From Thermodesulfobacteriota bacterium (GTDB lineage Bacteria > Desulfobacterota_D > UBA1144 > Nemesobacterales > UBA2774): DNA of 64,000 bases. Positions 58,955 to 64,000 of this stretch are shown piece by piece. The first letter of the stretch is position 1, and the number at the start of each line of letters is the position of its first letter. The translations under genes were made by a program, and so were the position numbers. The DNA is taken from contig OZ244197.1 of assembly GCA_965216785.1 (NCBI GenBank), positions 288,001 to 352,000 on the forward strand, in the 5' to 3' direction. The notes beneath the pieces are model-generated. The model was not told where the DNA came from and did no database searches. It worked only from the letters and a program-made list of their open reading frames with translations.

Positions 58955-59383
58955 CTATTCCGCTTTATTGATCTCGGCAAGCTCGATGAGGACTCCGTTC
59001 ATCGCCTTTGGATGGATGAACGCCACCCTTGAGTTGTAGGCGCCCGGCCTGGGGGATTCGTCTATGAGTCTTACCCCCTGATCTTTAAGTCTATTCAGCA
59101 CAGCCTCGATATCGTCTACGAGATAACAGATGTGGTGGATACCCTCCCCTCTCTTATCCAGAAATTTAGATATGGGGGAGTTATCGTCTAAAGGCTCTAG
59201 AAGCTCGATTGCGGTGCCGCCTTTTTCCGGCACAAGCATGGAAGTCTTTACGCCCTGGTCTTCAACAACCTCACGGTGCTCTACTTTAAGACCCAGAGCG
59301 GTCTCGTATATTTTTTCTACCTGCTCAAGGTCTCTTACAGCTATCGCGACATGATATAGATTTTCAAGTATTCCTTTATCCAT
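58955..59383 (-). CDS. mce: Methylmalonyl-CoA epimerase
   Basis: HVAIAV, EDQGV, IELLEP, GEGIHHI, FIHPK..NGVLIEL. Confidence 0.93.
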   Translation of the reverse strand: MDKGILENLYHVAIAVRDLEQVEKIYETALGLKVEHREVVEDQGVKTSMLVPEKGGTAIELLEPLDDNSPISKFLDKRGEGIHHICYLVDDIEAVLNRLKDQGVRLIDESPRPGAYNSRVAFIHPKAMNGVLIELAEINKAE

Positions 59384-59460
59384 TATTTTATACTCCGAAG
59401 TTTAAATGATTTTTATAATGACAGGTTGAGTTATATCTTACCTGTATAAAAGAGAAAACA

Positions 59461-59883
59461 TTAAACAGACTGGGCTTTTTTGGTTCCGGACTGGATCTTT
59501 CTTTCGATCCCCCTGGCAAACCTTTCCTCATTTACGATGTACATATCGTTTGAGCCTGAGGCTATCTTTTCCGTATCGTCGTATGCGTCTATCTTAAAGT
59601 AGATCGTGCTGCCTTTGCACTTATCGATTTCAGCCCTGACCATAAGCTCTGAGCCTATTGGCACAGAGGCAAAGTGGCTTAGCTCAATCCTGGTGCTCAC
59701 TACCATCTCGCCCTTATCCAGAAAAGGGGCCATAAGATCGGCGCACGTTGTCTGCACGAATGTAATGAGAGAAGGGCTTGAAAGCACCTGTGGGGAATTT
59801 GCGTGAAAGCGTGACGCGGCCATGTCGGGCTTTGTATCGATTCTTTTTTCTATGAACATCCCGGGCTCAAATGATCGTCTCAT
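59461..59883 (-). CDS. FlK-like hotdog thioesterase family protein
   Basis: VLSSPSLI...C, LSHFASVPIG, V.EERF pattern of the fluoroacetyl-CoA thioesterase family. Confidence 0.75.
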   Translation of the reverse strand: MRRSFEPGMFIEKRIDTKPDMAASRFHANSPQVLSSPSLITFVQTTCADLMAPFLDKGEMVVSTRIELSHFASVPIGSELMVRAEIDKCKGSTIYFKIDAYDDTEKIASGSNDMYIVNEERFARGIERKIQSGTKKAQSV

Positions 59884-60048
59884 AAATCCTCCGCATTAAT
59901 TTATAAACCACTTTAAGTTACCCATGTAACCCACGTGCAGGACTGCTATAACCACCCTACATCCTTAAATATACCTCAGTTTCATGAGCGTGTATATCTA
60001 TAAATATGGCTGAATTATCAGATCTTAAAAATGGACTCAGCAATTGAA

Positions 60049-61170
60049 TTATTGATAGCCGGTGAGCTCGACGTAGCCGCTTCCGGATGTACCGCTGCCT
60101 GAAGCACTTACGGCTCCTTCCCAGTAGACGAACGAGAGATTAAGCTCCTGGTTGGGCTGATAGGGCACGACTGTCAGATCAATCCCATATTCCGGAATAG
60201 ACACCTGCCACTTTGAGGGATAGGTGACACCTGTTTCAGGACTCTCCCAGGTACTGAGGACTTCTATATTGAACTCCGAAGCCTCAAGAGCTATTGTCGA
60301 ACCATCTTTTTCTATCAGTGTGCCGGCGGAGTGAGTATCAATAGAGCCGTCTTTTTTTCTTAGCTGATAGAGCATAATTTCACGCCCGTCATCGAGCTGA
60401 ATGGAAAACCAGTCCCAACCCTCTAGTTTTTCACTAAGTGCGCTCGTGCTCCATTCACGGTCGAGCCAGCTGAGTCCCTGCACTTCAAACTCACTACCGT
60501 CTACTTTGATACTTCCCTCTGTTTTAATGCGTGTAACTGAGTAGTAATAAGACGCGTTACCGGGCTCACTGCTCTTTTGACTAAGACCACGGTCGCCCTG
60601 GAGAACAAGGGGCTTTAGGGACTCTAGTGTCAGATTAATTGAGAAATCAATATCGCTTGCTGTAAGCTTGATTACGTCCCTTTCTTTAGTAGAATTCCAG
60701 TCCTTGATCCATACGCGGTGGGGATCGGCCTTTGCTCCGGCAAGCCCAAGCGCCGCCCTACTCCACCTTTCAGCGCTGTAGAATTTCTTGTTCTCTATAT
60801 CGCTTACAGTGAAGTGCGCGAAATAAATCTGGTTTGCCGCCCAAGCAGATTCCCTCTCTATATTATCGGGGGTTAAAGCTCTCCTGAAAAAGGTAAGCTG
60901 GTAACCGAAGCTGCGGCCTGAGCTGTCCTCTAAATTGCCGGTGTAATACCACCATTCGGTTTGATACCCAGGGTGCGGGCCCGAATCCTCAGGGAACTTA
61001 AAATTCCTTACTTCCTGAGCCCTCTTAAAACCTGGATGTGGCTCGCCTGAGAGGGTGCTTGAAAAGTCAGTGCGACGCTCCTTTTCCGGCTCAGCCCAGG
61101 ATAGTAAGATGAATGGACCTGTAAAAAAAGAGAGAATTAAAATGAATGCGACTATGTATCGTTTTTTCAT
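60049..61170 (-). CDS. AttH/CrtC-like lipocalin-domain secreted protein
   Basis: FP.D.GPHP.YQTEWWYYTG, SYYYS, WLDREWS, GWDWF, YWEG, GYVELTGY. Confidence 0.9.
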   Translation of the reverse strand: MKKRYIVAFILILSFFTGPFILLSWAEPEKERRTDFSSTLSGEPHPGFKRAQEVRNFKFPEDSGPHPGYQTEWWYYTGNLEDSSGRSFGYQLTFFRRALTPDNIERESAWAANQIYFAHFTVSDIENKKFYSAERWSRAALGLAGAKADPHRVWIKDWNSTKERDVIKLTASDIDFSINLTLESLKPLVLQGDRGLSQKSSEPGNASYYYSVTRIKTEGSIKVDGSEFEVQGLSWLDREWSTSALSEKLEGWDWFSIQLDDGREIMLYQLRKKDGSIDTHSAGTLIEKDGSTIALEASEFNIEVLSTWESPETGVTYPSKWQVSIPEYGIDLTVVPYQPNQELNLSFVYWEGAVSASGSGTSGSGYVELTGYQ

Positions 61171-61181
61171 AATAAACCTTT

Positions 61182-63737
61182 TTACTCCTCCCTTAATAAA
61201 GCGGCTGTGTCTTCCCGGTCTATTACAAGAGCCGGATAAACTCCCGCAGCTAAAGCCGCTATAACGGATACTGCAATCCCCTCGACGAAGAACCTAGGCT
61301 GAAGCGTGAGATCGATAGTCCATCCGAAAGAGCGGAGATTTACCACATAAATGAGTAAATACGAGAGCAGAAGACCCACTGGGATGGAGAGCAATCCTGC
61401 TGTGAGGCCAATGAGGGCATTTTCTAAAAATGTCATTTTTCTTAACTGCGCCACCGTCATTCCGATTGCCCTGAGCATGCCGAACTCCTTTACCCGTCCA
61501 AGCTGAAGGGCCATGAGTGAGCTAAGGACACCTATGAACGCAACCACCACGACTAGAATCCTGAGCGCTCCCGTGACCTTAAAAGTGCGGTCAAATGTAT
61601 TTAAGGCGGACTCTTTGAGAGCATAGTTGGAACGGACGCGGACATTATATTTTTGAGATAATTCATTTGTGAGCTCCCGCGCTATTTCTGCCGGGTCTTG
61701 CCGCGAGACAACATTTGCCGCAAGAGAATTAATCAGCGCATCGTCCCATAAAGAACGATATACAGTATCCGACATCAGGACGACCCCTGTTTGATAGCTG
61801 TAATCATAATAAATGCCAGCGACTTTAAACTCCCTGTACCCATTGTCAGTAAGAAGCTTGACGGTATGCCCAGGGCCGGGCTGAATGTTGTTTCTATATG
61901 CGAATGATTCAGAGACCAAGACCGAGTCCTTAAGAAGTTTCTGCCAAATCTGTGCCGGGCTTCCCTCGCTCCATATGAATTTTTTATTCTCAGACGCTAT
62001 ATCCTCTGTTACGGCGAGCAGGTTGAAGGGTCCGTACTCGGGACTCGTAAGCCTTAGTCTCCTGGCCGTAGCAACATTATCTATGCCGGGGAAACCGGCA
62101 ACTTCAGAGAAAATAGCGGGATCAAGCCCAATATTGCTGCTTACGTTCTGCGAAGCTGCGGAAATGAAAATATCTGCGTTAAGCGTGCCCTCGAGCCAGC
62201 TTACAACTGTGACCCTGAAGCTCCCTATCATAATCCCTACGCTCAGTATGACCGAAACAGCAACTGTGAGTGAGGCAATGGCAACACCTGTGCGGCTTAG
62301 TGAGCGTACAACATTGAGTGGAGCCATTTGAGCGATAACCCCGATAGAACCGCCAAGGTATGAAAAGAGATTCATTAACACTCTCGTAATGAGAGGGACA
62401 AGAAGGGAAGAGCCGAGGAGTATTAAGAACACAGAGACGAGGCCGAGGCCAAGGCTATCTGAAGGAATGTATATAAGCAGTAAGCCGGTAGCGATTAAAC
62501 CCGCCCCGGCAAAACTTAAAGGCTTAAGTGACTTAAGCACCAAGCTTTCCAATGTGGACCGGGACAGAGCGCCCGCCGGTTTAACACGGGAAGCCTCGTA
62601 AGCGGGAACAACGCCGGCAATAACCGATGCTACTATCCCAAGCAGTAAACCTTTTATCATAGTATAGGGTGATAGGGTGAAATCTGTAACCGTGAGTGTG
62701 AAGTAGAGGTCGTTTATAGTGCTCGTAACGAGGCCGAGAATCCCCCTTCCCATAAAAGCGCCGAGAAATAAACCCAAAATACTTCCGATGATTCCCAGTA
62801 TGAGGGTTTCGACAAGGACCGTTTTAAAGACCTCGGGGCCTGTGACGCCGAGCGCGCGAAGCACGGCGAATGTGTGGCGTCTTGAGAGAACCGAGAATAT
62901 GACGGCGTTATAAATAAGGAATAAGCCCACAAAAAGAGCGAGCAGGCTGAGGGTCATCAAATTGAGCTCAAAAGCCCTGGTCATACTCTCGGCTGATTTA
63001 GACACCTGATCGATGCGCTCGATATCCATGCCTTCAGGCAAAATATCTTGTATGAGGGCAAGACTGAGACTGCCCTCTGATGACTTGTCATCTAGAGAGA
63101 GATCAATGTGTGTTAGCAGGCCGCTCTTATTCAAAAGCTCCTGCGCCGTCGATATATCGCTGATTATAATTCCGTCAAGATCAATTGCCCCGGCACTTCT
63201 ATCGGGTTCTATAAAGCCGATTATCCGAACTTTTTCACTCATAGAGCCGTAGGTGATCTGGAGCTGATCCCCTTTGCTTATTCCTTCACTATCTGATAGG
63301 GACTTGGGTAAGAGAACAGCGCCTGGCGCAGTGAGTAATGAAGAGAAGGTTTCCGGCGGCAGGTCCTGATCTAAAATACTTTCACTTGAATTTGAGCTCG
63401 AGAAGGGATCGATGCCGATAAGCCTAAGAGCGCGCCCGTCAAGAGCAGGGACGTTAATATAATCTTCGACGTAAGGCAGGACATTACTTACGCCCTGTTT
63501 TATTAGATCGACATATACACCTTCTTCGACACTGCCGTTTCTCCCGGTTATACGGTGTGTGGCACCTTTGGAAAACGCCTCGGTGCTGATTGAAAACGAT
63601 AGCGCCGCGCTCTTGTTCGCGAGATCTACAGAGGTTACAAGCGCTACGCCAAGAGCGATTCCGAGAACGAGCAGAAAGCTCTGGAGCGCGTGTTTTCTTA
63701 TATAGCTAAATCCGACTCCGAGTAAAGTAAGATTCAT
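61182..63737 (-). CDS. FtsX/MacB-like ABC permease (AttFG-like)
   Basis: Two MacB/FtsX halves, GIALGVA, LRALG, FDRTF, N.RSFGW. Confidence 0.92.
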   Translation of the reverse strand: MNLTLLGVGFSYIRKHALQSFLLVLGIALGVALVTSVDLANKSAALSFSISTEAFSKGATHRITGRNGSVEEGVYVDLIKQGVSNVLPYVEDYINVPALDGRALRLIGIDPFSSSNSSESILDQDLPPETFSSLLTAPGAVLLPKSLSDSEGISKGDQLQITYGSMSEKVRIIGFIEPDRSAGAIDLDGIIISDISTAQELLNKSGLLTHIDLSLDDKSSEGSLSLALIQDILPEGMDIERIDQVSKSAESMTRAFELNLMTLSLLALFVGLFLIYNAVIFSVLSRRHTFAVLRALGVTGPEVFKTVLVETLILGIIGSILGLFLGAFMGRGILGLVTSTINDLYFTLTVTDFTLSPYTMIKGLLLGIVASVIAGVVPAYEASRVKPAGALSRSTLESLVLKSLKPLSFAGAGLIATGLLLIYIPSDSLGLGLVSVFLILLGSSLLVPLITRVLMNLFSYLGGSIGVIAQMAPLNVVRSLSRTGVAIASLTVAVSVILSVGIMIGSFRVTVVSWLEGTLNADIFISAASQNVSSNIGLDPAIFSEVAGFPGIDNVATARRLRLTSPEYGPFNLLAVTEDIASENKKFIWSEGSPAQIWQKLLKDSVLVSESFAYRNNIQPGPGHTVKLLTDNGYREFKVAGIYYDYSYQTGVVLMSDTVYRSLWDDALINSLAANVVSRQDPAEIARELTNELSQKYNVRVRSNYALKESALNTFDRTFKVTGALRILVVVVAFIGVLSSLMALQLGRVKEFGMLRAIGMTVAQLRKMTFLENALIGLTAGLLSIPVGLLLSYLLIYVVNLRSFGWTIDLTLQPRFFVEGIAVSVIAALAAGVYPALVIDREDTAALLREE

Positions 63738-63753
63738 GATTAGTTAACTGTGC

Positions 63754-64000
63754 TTAGTTACCAGATACCCGGACGAGGCTCCCTTTCTCAATGCTGTAAA
63801 CTGTGTCTCCCCGGCCCGCTATTTCACCGCTGTGCGTTGCAATTATCATTGTTTTCCCGGACTTACGCTGTATCCCTAGCAGCAGCTCAAGGACCTCTTT
63901 TGAAGTCTCCGTGTCGAGGTTTCCGGTAGGCTCGTCAGCCAGGATCAGCGCAGGGTCGTTGATGAGAGAGCGTGCAATGGCGACACGCTGCTGCTCTCCA
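63754..64000 (-). CDS. ABC transporter ATP-binding protein (AttE/LolD-like), C-terminal part
   Basis: Not in the ORF track. Manual translation [29 protein letters not shown]...IATHS; stop at 63754. Confidence 0.93.
   Translation of the reverse strand, partial: GEQQRVAIARSLINDPALILADEPTGNLDTETSKEVLELLLGIQRKSGKTMIIATHSGEIAGRGDTVYSIEKGSLVRVSGN

Overview
Gene-dense bacterial chromosome segment of about 57 CDS from a diderm organism; gene content is loosely deltaproteobacterial/Ca. Dadabacteria-like (inference only). I found no rRNA, tRNA, CRISPR array, integrase or transposase. Most genes are housekeeping: htpG (partial), radA, murI, etfBA, tamB, queG, PPi-type pfk, mltD, ogg, an RND system, ribBA-ribH-nusB-trpD-trpC, apbE, guaB-guaA, coaX, mce and an attEFGH-like ABC system. 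The best candidate for an undescribed system is 52.4-58.9 kb. It holds a CusR/CopR-like two-component system, a PAP2 phosphatase, an AlgE-like porin and two very acidic exported proteins. Three of its promoters share one geometry: an inverted half-site, three GTAAT-like repeats at 11-bp pitch, then N10 and a TAnnCT -10 box. This suggests an extracytoplasmic cation-responsive regulon. Other notable items: a sigma54 promoter with a candidate enhancer ahead of a group-2 sigma70, a histone-H1-like protein heading guaBA, a degenerate palindromic element after guaA, tandem Tat/cytoplasmic carbonic anhydrases, two sugar porters with remodelled binding residues, and three enzymes with altered catalytic motifs. 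All calls are by eye from motifs; no searches were run.
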